Origin: the human T2T-CHM13v2.0 reference genome, Homo sapiens
Assembly (NCBI RefSeq): GCF_009914755.1
Contig: NC_060947.1
Direction: 5' to 3' (one strand)
DNA: 64,000 nt
The notes below the pieces were generated by a model. It saw only the letters and a list, made by a program, of their open reading frames with translations, ran no database searches and was not told the DNA's origin. A program made the translations under genes and the position numbers. This document shows positions 30,069 to 49,855 of this stretch, piece after piece. Position 1 is the stretch's first letter, and every line of letters starts with the position of its first letter.

Positions 30069-32570
30069 TGAAGTAGTCATATTGGGGGTAAATCTGTTTC
30101 GTGTTGTATAATCGTCGTGAACTTGAATATTGATATTTTCCCCTAGATTTGGGAAGTTCTCTGATATTATCTCTTTGAACAACATTTCTACCTCGATGTC
30201 TTTCTCTACCTGATATTTAATTCCAGTAACTCTTGGATTTACCTTTTTGAGGCTGTTTCATAGACATGCTTCTTTGTTTTTTATTCTTTTTTCTTTTGTT
30301 TCTTCTGACTGTGTATTTTCAAATAACCTGTCTTCAAGCTCACAAATTCTGCCTTCTTGATAAATTCACTATTGGAAAACTCTGAAGCATTATTCATATG
30401 TTAATTTCATTTTTCTACTCCAGAATTTCTGCTTTATTTTTTTAAATTATCTTTGTTAAATTTATCTAATACATTTCTATTTTTTATGTTTAATTTTTTT
30501 TAAGTTTTCTCAAAACAGCTATTTTCAATTCCTTGTTTGAAAATTCTCATATCTCTGTTTCTCCATTATTAGTCTCTGTTGTTTTATTTAGTTTGTTTGG
30601 TTAGGTCATGTTTTCCTGGATGGTCTTTATGCTTGTGAATATTCATCAGTGTCTGGGCATCGAAGAGTTAGTTTTTTATTGTGGTCTTCACAGTCGTTTT
30701 TTTTTTTTTTTTTTTTTTTTTAGTGTCCTCAGGAAGACTTTTCAGGTATTCAGAATGACTTGGGTGTTGTTGTCTAAGCCATATCTGCATTGGGGGACCC
30801 CTAAAGCCTAGTAATGCTGCGGTTTTTGCAGACTCATAGAGATACTGACATTTTGGTCTTGAATAAGATGCAAAAGAGTTATTTCAATTACCAGTCAGAG
30901 GCTCTTGTTACTTTCCCTTACTTTCTCCCAAACAAGCAGTCTCTCTATCTTTGCTGAGCTCTCTAGAGCTGTGGGTGATAGGACATAAGCAACCCTATGG
31001 GCATCACCACTGGGGCTGTGCTGGATCAGACCTGAAACCAACACAGCACCGGGTATTGCTCAAGGCCTAGTGTAACCACTACCTGGCTACCACCAATGTT
31101 TGCTCAAGGCTACAGGGCTCTGCAGTCAGTAGGTAGAAAAGCCAGCCAGGCTTGTGTCCTTCCCATCAAGGTGGCAAGTTCCTCCAGGCCCTGCACAATT
31201 CCAGAGATGCTATCCAGAAGGTAGGAACTACAATCAAATACCTTAGAAATCTACCTGGTGCTCTATTCTATTGTGGCTAATCCTATGCTTGAACCAGGAG
31301 ACAAAGTTTTTCCCATTCTTCTCTCCCCTTTCTATAGGCAAAGGAGCCTCTCCCTATTGGCACCACCACCATAGAACCATGGAGGGTACTTTCAGACTAC
31401 TGTCAGTGTTCATTTAAAGCCAAGGGCTTTTCAGTCAGCTTGTGGTGAATGCTGCCAGGCCCGGGACAGTTAAGAGCAGTGGGCTCCCCCTTGGCCCAGG
31501 GCAGGTACTTAAATGCTGTCCAAGAGCCAAGGCCTGGAGTTGAGGATACCAAGAGCCCACTTGGTGCTCTTCCCTACTGTTCCCTAGCTGCTTAGTGAAG
31601 CCAGCAGGTCTCAGAATTTCACCCAAGTTCTATGACTTACTACCTGGTTATTGATGCTTGATATTTAGAGTCAAGTAGCTCTTTAGCCAAAAAGTAATGG
31701 ATCCTGCCAGGACTGAGTCTTTTTCTTCAAGGCAGTAAGTTCCCTTCTGGCCCAGGTTGTATCTAGATACATCATCTGTGAGGTAGGGCCTGGAAAGGGG
31801 GCCTCATGTGTCTGCCCAGTGGCTTATCCTACTGTGGCTGAGCTGGTATCCAAGATGCAAGACAAAGTCCTCTGTACTCTTCACTGTCTTCTCTTTCAGC
31901 AGAAGGAAGGTGTCACTTTTGGTGCTGTGCCCTAGAACTACTCTGCCTGGAGTTGGGTGAAGGGTAACAAACATTTCCTTAGTCTCCCTGGCTGGTGTCC
32001 TGGTGCTCTACATTCACTACCTCTAATCTCAACACAGGACTATGACTTGCCTAGGATTTGCAGTCCTTGTTGCCTAGAATGCCTTTCAAGTTTATTTAGG
32101 AAGCCAGAGCATTTTAGCCCATAGTGGCACAGCTTGCTAAAACTCAACTTTCGACCATTGAGCTGGGCTAGTTCCCTTTGGCCAGGGCTGATCTAAATGC
32201 TGTCTTTGTAGGTAGGCGTTGGCTGAGTTTACTTCAGATCTAGTTTTTTGCTGTGACTGGAAACACTGAGTTTGATGAAGATTCCTATAAATACTCTCTC
32301 CCACTCTCAAGCACACACATTTTCTACACCATGTGGCCATTGCCAAAGGTATGGGGAAAAAGTAGTGTCAGCAGTTCAATACTGTCTTTTCTACCCTCTT
32401 CAGTACCTCTTTCAGTGATATGAATTTAAAACCAGGTACTGTGCTTGCTCACCTGATTTTTGCCTCTTAGAAAGGTGGATTTTTGTGTGTAGATAGTTGT
32501 TAAATTAGCACTTCTGAAGTGGGGAAGATTACTTAAGGCTTCTATTGGCTGTGTTCCTCTGCCCTCCCTT
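30069..32570 (-). mobile_element. L1MA ORF1 N-terminal part and long 5' UTR
   Basis: Homologous to 15.8-16.8 kb. The 5' terminus reads GGGAGGGCAGAGGAACACAGCCAATAGAAG on the minus strand. Confidence 0.75.
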
Positions 32571-33165
32571 CAGTTTTTTAGTTTTCTAAAAAATAAATTT
32601 AATCATATACTTGTTCTATGGCCCAATAATTTCACTTCTAATTATTTACCCAGCAGAAATGAAAAGACACATCCAGAAAAAAGTTTGGACATGAGTGTTT
32701 TTGATAGTCAACAACTAGAAACAACAGAATTGTTTTTCAAAAAGTGAATGAATAAACAAATAATGGTACATATGTACAATGGAATGTAGCTCAGAAAGAA
32801 AAAAGAATTTAAGTACTGACTGATGCAACAACAAGAATAATTCTGAAAAAATATTATGGCTAGTTAAGATTACAGTGACAAAGCAAGTCAATATGTGTGA
32901 TTCTACTTATCTAAAATTCTAAATTAGTCAAACCTTGTCTATAGTGCCAGAAAGACATAATGGTTGCCTGGAATTAACAGTGGTGAGTAGTGAGTTGATT
33001 GCAAAGTGGCAGGAGGAAACTTGGGTGATAGAAATATTCCATATCTTGATAAAGATAGTGAGTATAGGGTACATATATTTGTCAGAAATAATCACAGTAT
33101 ACACTCAAGAAGGATACACTTTATTTTATGTAAATTATATCTCAAAAAGTAGGTAAAAAAGAAGA
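32571..33165 (+). mobile_element. Old L1M 3' end (host of the L1MA block)
   Basis: ATTTACCCAGCAGAAATGAAAA...GAATAAACAAATAATGG...TGTAAATTATATCTCAA. Confidence 0.7.
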
Positions 33166-34819
33166 AATATGAAGCTCATATGTGTTAGACAAGTCACCTT
33201 TGTAATAGAGGAAATGGTCAGATTCTTTTCTGTATGTGTCTCTTACATTTTTATTAATGAGATACATGTTAAGTGATGCAAAGTTACATATGATTTTGGA
33301 AATTTTTAAAAAAGGTTAGAGCTAAAACAAGTGCACAATAAGTGTTTTTTAAATAAATGACTTCTGAGAGATGGGGGCATCAGTGAAAGAAAAAGAATCT
33401 GTGCCATGGAAGGTGTAATGAAAAAAAGAATCAAGAATTACATCTTAGGAATTTCTTGTTCTTAGAAGGTTAGAAAAAAAAAAGCATACCTAGAAGAAAA
33501 AAAAAAAAAGAAACAACACAAGATGGAGAGATACTATAATAATAGAGTGGTATTGAATATCCAAAATTTCAAGGGGTTGTTCAGAGAACACTAGGGAAGT
33601 AATTGCTCTGTGGCTAGAGAAGAATCTTTAGGTTTAACAATCAGTTACTTGTTTTTATTTTTGAAACTTTTAAGACTGTAGTTTTATTTCAAAGATAAAA
33701 GCTATCTTATTTTCACTACTTTCTACTTCAAAGTAGCTCTCTCAATGTTTGTACAATGTATAAAAACAATCTGTAAAATTATTAAACTTCTGGATTCTCA
33801 TATAACAATAATTCTTCAATTGTAGTCTGTAATGGAGGATGATTACTCAGGGTCCCGTGATTTAAAAATTTCTGGTTATAGATTATACAGCTTACATGGA
33901 GTTGTAGTTATGGATAATATTAACCATTACCCTGTCAACTAGAGTAGAGGCCCCAACCAACCCTTCAGTATTCTCTTTGTAAAGCAATGACAGAGTCACA
34001 GAAAGAGAGAATTCGAGTTGTCAGATAGTTTCTGCATCACAACCAGTTTAAATTCCTGTCATCATTTTCATGCTTATTTCTAAAAGCAAGAGTTTGCTGT
34101 ATTAACTTGACTTTTAGAACTTGTCCAGGGATTCTTTGAAATAGGCAATATTTTACAAGAGAATTATTTTCTCCTCTGGACAAAGGCTGCACTTTCAAAG
34201 CTTACACAAATTCACATTTTTCCTACTTTCCAAGAGCAAAGTCTACAATTCCAAATAAAACTATAAAATCTAGGTCTATAAATACCTCTTTTGCCACAAA
34301 GGAAGCTGATGCTGGAGGGAAGGCAGATGTTCTCTAACACACAGTTTGTAAGTTATAACCTTTGTTCTAGGCATTAGATCTGGTTTGTATTGGCTTTCTT
34401 GATAGCCTGAGTCATTAGGATAAATGCCTTGTCCATTCTCAGGTTTCTTCCATAAATGTTTGTATTCTGACTGGTGATTTTTTACATTGCTTAAGGACCA
34501 AGAACCATAATATTGACTGCAAATAAAATAGCATACACTCATCTCAGATAGAAGAAGTGGTTCAATGGACCAATGGACATTTTGGACTTCTCTATTAGTG
34601 TAAGTCTGGGCCATGGACTGGCCAGAAGGGACTAGACTTCAGGGTTTAGCTAAGCAGAAGAGATATCTGAAATATTCCCTGGCTGGGTAGACTGCAAAAG
34701 CTCAAATACAGAGAAAGAGATAGGGGAAGAAATGATGGTGGGGGGAGTGAGACTGAGTGGAATCAAAAGACTAGCTAAGGTAGGACAGAATATATAGTGT
34801 CCAGAAGGACATGTTAATT

Positions 34820-35005
34820 TTAATAGCTACTTCTTGAATACCTTCAGTGTTGCAGGAACATTGGCCTTAAGAATTCAGTACCATTATCCTCATTGAATTG
34901 AGGAAACTGAAATATACAAGCTTAGATACCTTATCCAGGATGATACAGCTAATAAATTGTAGAACTAAAATCTTAACTTCATCTTTCTTCCTTTAAAGCC
35001 ATTAT
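34820..35005. mobile_element. MIR remnant
   Basis: GAGGAAACTGA...CTTATCCAGGATGATACAGCTAATAAAT. Confidence 0.6.
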
Positions 35006-35665
35006 ATTCCCCCCCTCCCCCGATAATAATCAGGATTTGTAAATTTTGATCCCATCAAACTATTTGTTCTCTGTCCTACTTTATATTACTTTCTGGGTGT
35101 AAGTGGTCCTAGGTAAGCTGGTGTTGATTGACTATGAAGCAGGCCAATGGTCTCCAGGAAAATCCTAACCCAGATGAAGCAGGGATAGACATTTTGGGAT
35201 TACCTTATGGTAAAGCTCACTTTGCTTTTATTAGGAATGTACAGATACATTCCTGTCAGTAGACAGTTTCAATGTTTACCACCATTAATATCAAAATCTT
35301 AGATTTCTATTCATGTTTTGTTGAATATTGCAAAGGCTGAAGTGTTTAACTTCAATGAGTTGTTCCTTTTCAGTGTTCTAAAAACATGCAGACATATTAG
35401 TTTAGAAAACTAATGTCCACAGTACTAATAGAATCTTGAAGCTAAAAGAGACTTCAAAAGATGAAAGATGATCCAGTTTAAGTCTAGTAACCTATCCTTA
35501 AGGTATATTAATTTTTAATGGGGGTTGAATACTGCTCCTATTCTTCGTGTAAAGCTATTTATATTGAAATGATTCTTATTTTTTTAGGAATGTTCAAACT
35601 TGACAGATCTAAGAGATTGCTGAGTGAAATTATTTCATGTTATAGTTGAGGAAATGGAAGCCCAG

Positions 35666-38248
<2,583 letters not shown>

Positions 38249-38436
38249 CCCAGGGAAATGAAATAACTTGTGTAAGGTCTTACCTACTGTTGAATTATGC
38301 TACAGGAGTTTTCCTTTTGGGTATAATATGGGCAGTTTAGGTTAAAATTATATCAAGAAAATTTCAACTCTAGCTCTTAAAATCTGAAAGTGTTCCCTTT
38401 CTGCTTAAGAGGAGGATGGGGTTACAGCAAAGAAGG

Positions 38437-38461
38437 ATGTGTGTGTGTGTGTGTGTGTGTG
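38437..38461. repeat. (TG)n microsatellite
   Basis: Read directly from the sequence. Confidence 0.9.
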
Positions 38462-39719
38462 CCTGTGCATACACATACACCTGCACACTTGCATATGTGT
38501 TGGAGATTGCAAAACTCTGACTGCTACTGGCTTTGTTTTAAAAAATGCTGCAGACTTGAGCATTTGACTTAGATTTGAAATAACTTTCTGCCAAGGACTC
38601 TACAGATTTTTGGCCAGTGGCAAATGCAAGATGCAATCATTCTTGTTTTGGAGCCACCAACGATGTGTTGCAGTCAGTTACTAACCTACAATTCAGGGGG
38701 TAGGAGGCTGGAATTCTCTCACAGTGACATATTCTGGATTTGCCTAGAAGAAAATATACACTTCCAAATATCTTCCACGTCTGAATCCCACACTGAGACT
38801 TGGCAGTCTGACTGCCTTAAAAATGTTGCAGTACTGTTAGATAACCTGCCAGGATATTTTGAAATGGTACATAGTTTGGAATATTCCACATATGGGTGAG
38901 TATATAAAGCCTTAAATGCTGTGTGTTTTGTCCTGAATCTGGCAGAGAGGTGTGTATATTCTAAATATCCAATCAGAAATTGTAGTAACATAGTACATAT
39001 TTAGCATATTTATTCATTTTTAATTTTCTGGGAAAGTACTATTTAAAACGTACACTGTTTAATGTTATAGCCAAGTTGCTTGGAAAATCTCATATAGATA
39101 GAACTCTCTAACTAGAATATATTTTCAGTATGTGAATCTCGTTACATAATTGCAATTATATTGTCCATTGTGTATTGCTTTGGTTTACCTGTAGCGAAAA
39201 CCTGGAGCACTGTGGTGAGAAGGATTCTGAAATTTCATCAGTGCTCTCAGTGGAAAAGGGTATCCTGACTGATTAGTGATGTCTGGTGTTAATGTGAAAA
39301 GAAAGAGCAGTGAAAAAATGCCATGTTTTAAACATGCTTGAGAAGTTTTTAATGGTTTTGGTTTTTTGAGTAGATAATATATTAACATAGCAAACCATGA
39401 AAATGATACAGAAGAATATAAAATAAAAATTATTTTCCCTTTTATTTTTCTTTCTCTATCCCCAAGTGGCACTCCTTAGAGGCAACTATTGTTGTAAGTT
39501 TCTGTCAGAGATATTCTGTGCTTTCAAGGACATTTGTGTATAAATACTTACATTTTATACTAATTGTAGCATAATACATGTATTTTCTGTACCACATATT
39601 TTTAATGGCAAATTTTGTTGTATATATTTTACAATTTTTTAAAATTAATTCTATACCCAAACCATTAAATTGTGCATTTAAAGTGGGTTAATTGTATGTT
39701 ATGTGAATTATTGATATAG

Positions 39720-42030
<2,311 letters not shown>

Positions 42031-42034
42031 AATG

Positions 42035-43380
42035 TCTGCATTGTGTATTTTTCAGTTAATGGTTTATCTTGGAGATGGTTTCATATCAGAACATACAGCC
42101 CAACTTTGTTCATTTTAACAGGTCCATAGAATTCCATTATGTAGATATTTTAACACTCCTCTATGGAGAAGTATTATACTTAGATTATTTAAAATTTTTG
42201 TTATAAGCAATGTTGTAACGAATATCCTTCTTACATATTTATTTGCACTTATATGCAAATACATCTGTAGGATACATTGTTAGATCAAAGGATGTAGATG
42301 TCATTGCTAAATCTTCGTCAATAGAAATTATACCAATCTACACTCTACACCAACATCTACATCAACAATGTATGCAAGTGCTGATTTCCATATATTCTCA
42401 CCAATGTAGCATATTATCAAACATTAAAAAATTTATTGATGTAATAGTTGAAAAATAATATCTCATTGTAGTTTTGATTTGTGATTCTCTAGTAGTGAGT
42501 GAATTTGGTCATTTTTATTCATTTAATTGCCATTTTTCTCTTTTCTATTAACTCTGTTTATGTCTTTCCCCCATGTTTCTGTTGTTTTATCTTTTTCCTA
42601 ATAATTTATAGGATCTCTGTACATATTAAGGCAATTAGTTCTTTGTCATATGTATTCATATGCATATATTCATTTTTTCCAATCGGTTACTTTCTTTTGA
42701 CTTTTAAATGATATTTTATAGTCACGTAGAGTTTTTAAAACATTTAGGTGATTAAATTTATGTCTTTGGATTGTAAATTCTGAGGTTTGCATTATGCTTA
42801 TGAAGGCTTTTCCTTACTGTTTTTATATTTTTGCTTTTTATGTTTAAATTTTAGATTCATCTAGAATTTTCTTTGGACTAAATTGTAAATTGAAGGTCCA
42901 ACTTGATTTAGTATTACTTATTTTTTGGTGTGTCCCCAGTAGGCCCAATTTTGAGTTATGGCATTTTAACTGAAAGCTTAAACATTTTCTTATTTCTTAC
43001 ATTACTTTTCAAGAATCACATTTTATTGTATCAATATTGTTAACAGTAAAATCGTATTGAAAAACTGTTAGTAGTTTTCAATTTTTGTTATTGTGTTTTA
43101 TACTATAATGGCCTTTTTCATCTATGTTTTCTTATTTCTGTTGAATTATTTCTCTGGGATACATTATTAAGGAGTGAAATAATTGAGTTTTTTAAGTATT
43201 ATCACATTGCTTTCCAAAAGTGTAGCAGTTGGTAATCCCATCATTGATAAATAAAATCCCATCAGTTGGTGGTATAATTTTTCACTATTATATTAAGCTT
43301 AAAAATTAAAAATCAAAGTTGTTTTCACTGGTATTTATTTCATTGTTAGAGAATATGAACCTTTTTTCTATGTTAAATTT
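42035..43380 (-). mobile_element. Degenerate L1ME-like 3' fragments
   Basis: TATCTCATTGTAGTTTTGATTTG and ATTGCTTTCCAAAAG motifs. Boundaries are approximate. Confidence 0.55.
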
Positions 43381-43389
43381 ACTCTTTTC

Positions 43390-43600
43390 ACTTAGTGTAA
43401 AGACCCTGGGCTTTGGGGCCAAAGATAACTGGTTTAAATTCCTGCTTTGCCACTTCTTAGCTGTACTACCTATTTATATCAGCTGAAATGTGTGTATAAT
43501 AATACCTGCTCTATAAGGTTGTTTTGATAATCATAAATGTGTCATGCAAAAATTCTAACTTGGGGACTGATATAACGAATAATGTCTATTATTATTATTT
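43390..43600. mobile_element. MIR remnant
   Basis: CTGGTTTAAATTCCTGCTTTGCCACTT...ATAATAATACCT. Confidence 0.6.
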
Positions 43601-44329
43601 ATCTTCTTGTGAATTATCATATACTTTGTAAAAAATTCACTGTGCAAAAATACATAAGAGGCCAGAAGAAAACTAAGATTGGGTACAGGAGATTAACCAT
43701 GACATTTTGACTAAATCACTTAACTGTTTTGAGTCCTAATTTCCATGTGAAAATCAAGATAATTTCTGTCTTGCTGGCTTTGTTTTTGTGAATATTGAAC
43801 AAGATTTTAAATGTGAAAGAACTTGAAAATATTAATGTAAAATATTTCTAGTATTACTGTTTGATGAAGTAAAGTGTATGCTCAAAATTCATATAACAAG
43901 ACATTCATCCAAGTCTGCTATTCCTTATGTTAATATTCTGAATTCTGAAGTGATATCAGTGTGGACTGCAGTTCCCTTTGAGAACTCTCTATGTCAGCAA
44001 TAATTGCCAAGGGAAGGGGGAAGCAGGCTTGTACATTTGTGATAAATTATCCCTATGAAAAGAACACATGTATGAAAAAGTTTAGGACACTTATAAGAAA
44101 TTAATGTTTGCATTTTTTATGAAGAATAACTCATAGTAGGTTAAGGTAGTCTCAAGGAAAATCCCCAATCTCTGGACCTTTGAAATTCAGTATTATTGAA
44201 ACCATTGATACTTAAAACAATGGAATGGAAGGAGCATGTTAGTGAATCATTATCATAGCAATATATATATCCAGAAAGGAAACCAGATCTAGTTAAATTG
44301 AGCCAAGACAGTGGAGAATAGAGATCAAG

Positions 44330-44560
44330 AATGTTATTTCCCAAGGCAAGCAGATCTGAATTCCAATCCTGTCTCTGTCACTTATCAACTGAGTGACATT
44401 AGTCAAATTTTCCCAGATTTCTGTAATGTGAGACTCATAAAAATTTCTACCTCAAAGTGTTGTTATAAGGGTTATATTATACACAGTGATGCTTGCAAAG
44501 TGCTTATATAGTACAATTCCTAACACATAGGAAGCACCTAAGAAATGGCAGCTATTATTA
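44330..44560. mobile_element. MIR remnant
   Basis: TTCCAATCCTGTCTCTGTCACTTA...TCTACCTCAAAG...GCAGCTATTATT. Confidence 0.6.
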
Positions 44561-45629
44561 ATACAGTTATTATTAGTAATAGTATTAATATCTCAAGAAA
44601 CAATTGAAATATTAGCAATCATATACACATATGTATATGTGTATGTATATGTGTGTGAATAGAAATAATTATGATCATTACCTTTTTTATTGAGTTATAT
44701 TGCCCTGAGACATATTCCTTAAAAAGAATCTCATAAACACAAAGTTTCTATGAACTTTAGCTGGTAGAATTGGATTGACCTAGAGAGGAAAAAATAATAA
44801 ATAAACTTTTACTCTCGAATTTCACAGAGATAATTTCACACAGGTAGAAAACATAAAGCTCAGAAATTCAGGAGGAATTGAAGGTAGTTACAAAAGGACA
44901 TCTTGTTAGAAATATGATAAGCTTGAGGTGATTCACAACAATTATGAGTGAATTAGAGAGAGCCTGTTAAAGAGATTAGCCTTAAAGAAGTATCAATAGA
45001 AAATGTAAATCAGAAGTTATTTCTGGACAATTTTTTTGCAAAATAAATTTATATGAAAACTAAAATCAATTTATTTCTACAGATTCACGCTGTTTTTGTA
45101 TAGATTACAGCATAAGGAGAAAATGACAAACATTTTATTGGAAGTGACAGTAAGTAGAGTATTAAACTAACGAGTCTTTCCTTCAAACCAAACAATACAT
45201 TCTGTACATGCCGTGACCATAGTTATTTTTTCAAAGTCTTCTTTTCTGACACATTTTGAGTCATATTAGAGGTTGATGAGAAGCATAGAGTGTGAACTTT
45301 TACAATATTCATCCTAATTTGTCGGCATAACTCTAATTTCTTTCATACCCACCCATCCTGTCCATTGTGGACTGATTATTTCTTTTAAGATAAAACCTAA
45401 TTGTGTGAATTTTCTGGCTAAAACTTTTCCATTGTCAGTAGATTAAATCTATGCTCCATAGTAGGATTATAAAGGGCCTTTATAATAATGCTTCAATGTA
45501 TATATTTCCAGTCTTACTGTTCTGCAATTCTGCTTTCTTTTTCCTCTCACCACCACTTCCAAAAGGCATCTGGTTCTTAATTTAGTGTGCATCAGAATCA
45601 ATTCAGAAACTCATTAAAACTACAGGTTT

Positions 45630-48600
45630 TGTATTATAGATCAAATGAACCAAATGGATATTTGCAGAACATTTCATCCAATGGCTGCAGAATAAATATT
45701 CTTTTCCTCAGCATATGGGTCATTCTCAAGAACAGACCACACAATAGGTCACAAAATATGTTTAAAACATTCAAAAAATTAAAATAATGTCAAGAATCTA
45801 TTCTGATCACAATAGAATAAAACTAGAAATCAACAACAAGAGGAATTTTAGAAACTATATCAATACATGGAAATTAAACGTGCTCCTGAATGATCAGTGG
45901 GTCAATGAAGAAATTAAGAAGAAAACTTAAAAATTTCTTAAAACAAATAAAAAATGAAAACACAACAAACATACGAGATACAGCCAAAGCAGTACTAAGA
46001 GGGACATTTACAGCTATAAGTGCCTACATAAAAAAAAGAAGAAAAGAAACCTCCAAATAAACAACAAAATGATGAAACAGCAAACAAAACCCAAAATTAG
46101 TAAAATAAAAGAAATAATAAGGATCAGAGCACAAATAAATGAAATAAAAAACACAAAACATAAATAAAAAATAGTTTATTTTTTGAAAAGTTAAACAAAA
46201 TTGACAAACCTTTAGCTGGACTAAGAAAAAAGAGAAGATCTAATAAATGAAGTTGGAGATGAAAAATGAGACATTACTAGCAAACCGAATTCAACAATAC
46301 GTAAAACAGATCGTTCAATGAGATTTATCCCTGGGATGCAAGGATCATTCAACATACACAAATCAATCAATTTGATACAGAATGAAGGACAAAAATAACA
46401 CGATCATTTCAATATGTTGAAAAAGCATTTGAAAAATTCCAACATCGTTTCACAATAAGAAAGCCTTCAAAAACTGGAGATAGGGGAAACAACTCAGCAT
46501 GATAAAAACCATGTATGACAGACCAACAGCTAGTACCACACTTAATGGGGAAAAACTGAAAGCCCTTCCTTTTAGATCTTTTTAAATTTAAATTTAATTT
46601 AATTTAATTTAACATTATTTTTTGAGACCGAGTCTCACTCTCTCGCCCAGGCTGGAGTGCAGTGGTGTGATCTCGGCTCACTGTAACCTCTGCCTCCCAT
46701 GTTCTAAGTGATTCTCCTGCCTCAGCCTCTTGAGTAGCTGGGACTACAGGTGCAGGCCACCACACCTGGCTAACTTTGTATTTTTAGTAGAGACAGGGTT
46801 TCACCATGTTGGCCAGGCTGGTCTCAAACTCCTGACCTCAGGCGATCTACCTGCCTCGGCCTCCCAAAGTGCTGTGATCACAGGCGAGAGCCACCTTGGC
46901 TGGCCTTCCTTTTAGATGTAAAACACATCAAGGATGCCCACTTTCACCACAGTTATTCAAGATAGTTCTGGAAATCCTAGCTAGAGCAATCAGACAAAGA
47001 GAAAGAAATAAAGGGCATACAAATTGGAATAGACGAAGTCAAATTATCCTTCCTTGAATGTACTATTGTCTTATATTTTAACAAATCTAAAGACTCCTCA
47101 AAAACTATTAGAATTAATAAAAAATTCAGTAAATTTGCAGGATAGAAATCAATATACAAAAATTAGTAGCATTCCTATATGACAACAGTGAAGAATATGA
47201 AAAAGAAATTTTAAAAAATCACATTTAGAATAGCCACAGGTAAAATTAAACAGCTCGGAATTAAGTTAATAAAAGAAGTGAAAGACCTCTATAATGAAAA
47301 CTATGAAACATTGATAAAAGAAATTGAAGAGGTCACCAGAAAATGGAAAGATATTCTATGTACATGGACTGGAAGAATCGATATTAAAATGTCCATACTG
47401 TTCTAAAGAATCTACAGATTCAATGCAATCCTTATCAAAATACCCATGACATTCTTCACAGCAATAAGAAAAACAATATTAAAATTTATATGGAACCACA
47501 AAAGATCCAGAATAATCGAAGCTATCCTAAGCAAAAAAGAACAAAACTGGAGGATTCACATTACCTGACTTCAAGTTATTCAACAGAGCTATAGTAACCA
47601 AAATGGCATGATACTGGCATAAAAACAGACACATAAACTAATGGAACAGAATAGAGAACATGGAAACAAATCCACGCAACTATAGTAAACTCATTTTTGA
47701 CAAAGATGACAAGAACATACACTGGGGGAAAGACAGTCTCTTCAATAAATGGTGCTGTGAAAACTGGATATCCATATGTAGAAGAATGAATCTATACTCA
47801 TATCTCCAGCCACATGCAAAATCAAATCAAAATGGATTAAACACTTAAATCTAAGATCTCATACCATGAAACTACTACAAGAAAACATTGAGGAAAATCT
47901 CCAGGACATTGTTCTAGGCACAAATTTCTTGAGCAATACCCCACAAGCACAGGCAACCAAAGCAAAAATAGACTAATATTACATCAAATTTAAAAGCTTC
48001 TGCATAGCAAAGAAAAAAATTCAACAAAGTGAAGCGACAACCCACAGAATGGGAGAGAATATTTTCAAACTACGTATCTGGCAAGGGATTAATAACCAGA
48101 ATATATAAGGAGATCAAACAACTCTACAGGGAAAAAAACCTAATAATTTGATCCAAAGATAGACAAAAGATTTCAATAGATATTTCTCAAAAGAAAGCAT
48201 ACAAATGGCAAATAGGCATATGGAAAGATGCTCAGCATTATTAATCATTATAGAAATGAAAATCAAAACTACAATGAGATATCACCTAACCCCAGTAAAA
48301 ATGGCTTTTAATCCAAAAGACAGGCAATAACAAATCTGGGGAGGATGTGGAGAAAAGGGAACACTGTCCACTGTTGGTGGGAATATAAATTAGACAATCA
48401 CTATGAAAAACAGTTTGGAGTTTTGTCAAAAAACTAAAAATAGAGCTACCATATGATCCAGCAATCCCACTGCTGGGTATATACCCAAAAGAAAGGAAAT
48501 CAGTATATCAAAGAGATACCTGCACTCCCATGTTTATTGCAGCACTGTTCACAATGGACAAGATTTAGAAGCAACCTAAGTGTTCATCAACAGATGAATG

Positions 48601-49142
48601 AATAAAGAAAATGTGGTACAGATACACAATGGAGGACTATTCAGCCATAAAGAATGAGATCCTGTCATTTGCAACAATACGGATGGAACCGGAAGTCCTT
48701 ATGATAAATGAAATAAGCCAGGCATAGGAAGACAAACATTGCATCTTCTCACTTCTTTGTGTGATCTAAAAATCAAAACAATTAAACTCACAGAGAGAGA
48801 ATAGAAGGATGGTTACCAGAGGCTTGGCAGGGTAATGGTGGGTGGGGGGAATATGAGGATGGTTCATAGGTACAAAAGACGAGTTAGAAAAAAATGAATA
48901 AAACCTAGTATTTGATAGCACAATCTAGTGATTGTATTCAATAATAATTTAATTGTACATTTTATTAAAACTAAGAGTATAATTCAATTATAATATGGGG
49001 CATAGGTGTTTGAGGGGATGAATACTTCATTTTACATCATGTTATTATTACTCCTTGCATGCCTGTTTTGAAATGTCTCAGGTACCCCATTAATATATAC
49101 ACCTACTGTGTACCCACAAAAATTAAAATTAAAAATGAAAAT
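45630..49142 (+). mobile_element. 5'-truncated L1MA with an internal deletion near 46278, apparently inserted in a MER5-like remnant
   Basis: Degenerate ORF2 (LIFDK...[11 protein letters not shown]) and an L1MA 3' UTR. MER5-like flanks at 45570-45627 and 49145-49235. Confidence 0.85.
46578..46905 (-). mobile_element. AluS inside L1MA
   Basis: Full dimer with an AT-patterned tail. TSD TTCCTTTTAGAT at 46566-46577 and 46906-46917. Confidence 0.95.
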
Positions 49143-49719
49143 AAACTTGCAGCTGCTTGGGACTTATCTTTTGAAGTCTGGCAGGAGCTTCCAGGAATTG
49201 GAGGTCTTATGAACTAAGGTGATTCTATGACAGTTGATAAGCAGTTCTCCATTTGAGAAACAGTTGTCCAAGCCCTGTCCAACAAAATGCCTTCTCATTT
49301 CCTTAAAAGTTCCAATCAGTTTGTACCTCCTCACCTTTGCATTCTTCTGCTTAAATTTCTTTCTTATTCTTCAGCCTGTTAAACCTTGTATTAATCCTTA
49401 TGACCTGGCTCAAAATTACTTCCCCTCTGAAACCTCTTCCTAAAAAGAGTCAGTGTTCCTTCCCCATTTTGCATGCATGTCCAGCATTGATATTTATATT
49501 CATCTCCCTCAATAGAGTTAGACTTTCTTCTATGAGCTGAAACCTTCCTGGTCATTGTTGTGTCACACTTCAGAGTTTGGCCATTGCCTAACACATAAAA
49601 ATAGATGCCCAAGAAATGCTTTTTTAGTGAATGAATAGATGAGTTGGTGGAGGTTCTAAACTTCCATACCCAACATCAGATGAAATGAAAATTGTAGCTT
49701 AGAAATAATTTGATTACAT

Positions 49720-49855
49720 CAGATGTAGTGGCTCACACCTGTAATCCTAACACTTTGAGAGGCCAAGGTGGGAAGATTGCTTGAGGCCAGGAGTTCAACA
49801 TCAGCCTGGGCAACATAGCCAGACTGTGTCTCTGCAAAAAAATTTCAAAAAAAAT
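49720..49855 (+). mobile_element. FLAM/Alu monomer
   Basis: GTGGCTCACACCTGTAATCC...GAGGCCAGGAGTTCAA...CAGCCTGGGCAACATAG followed by an A tail. Confidence 0.9.

Noticed and set aside
34276-34614. 112-aa ORF in apparently unique sequence
   Set aside because: No recognisable domain or exon context, and the length is compatible with chance
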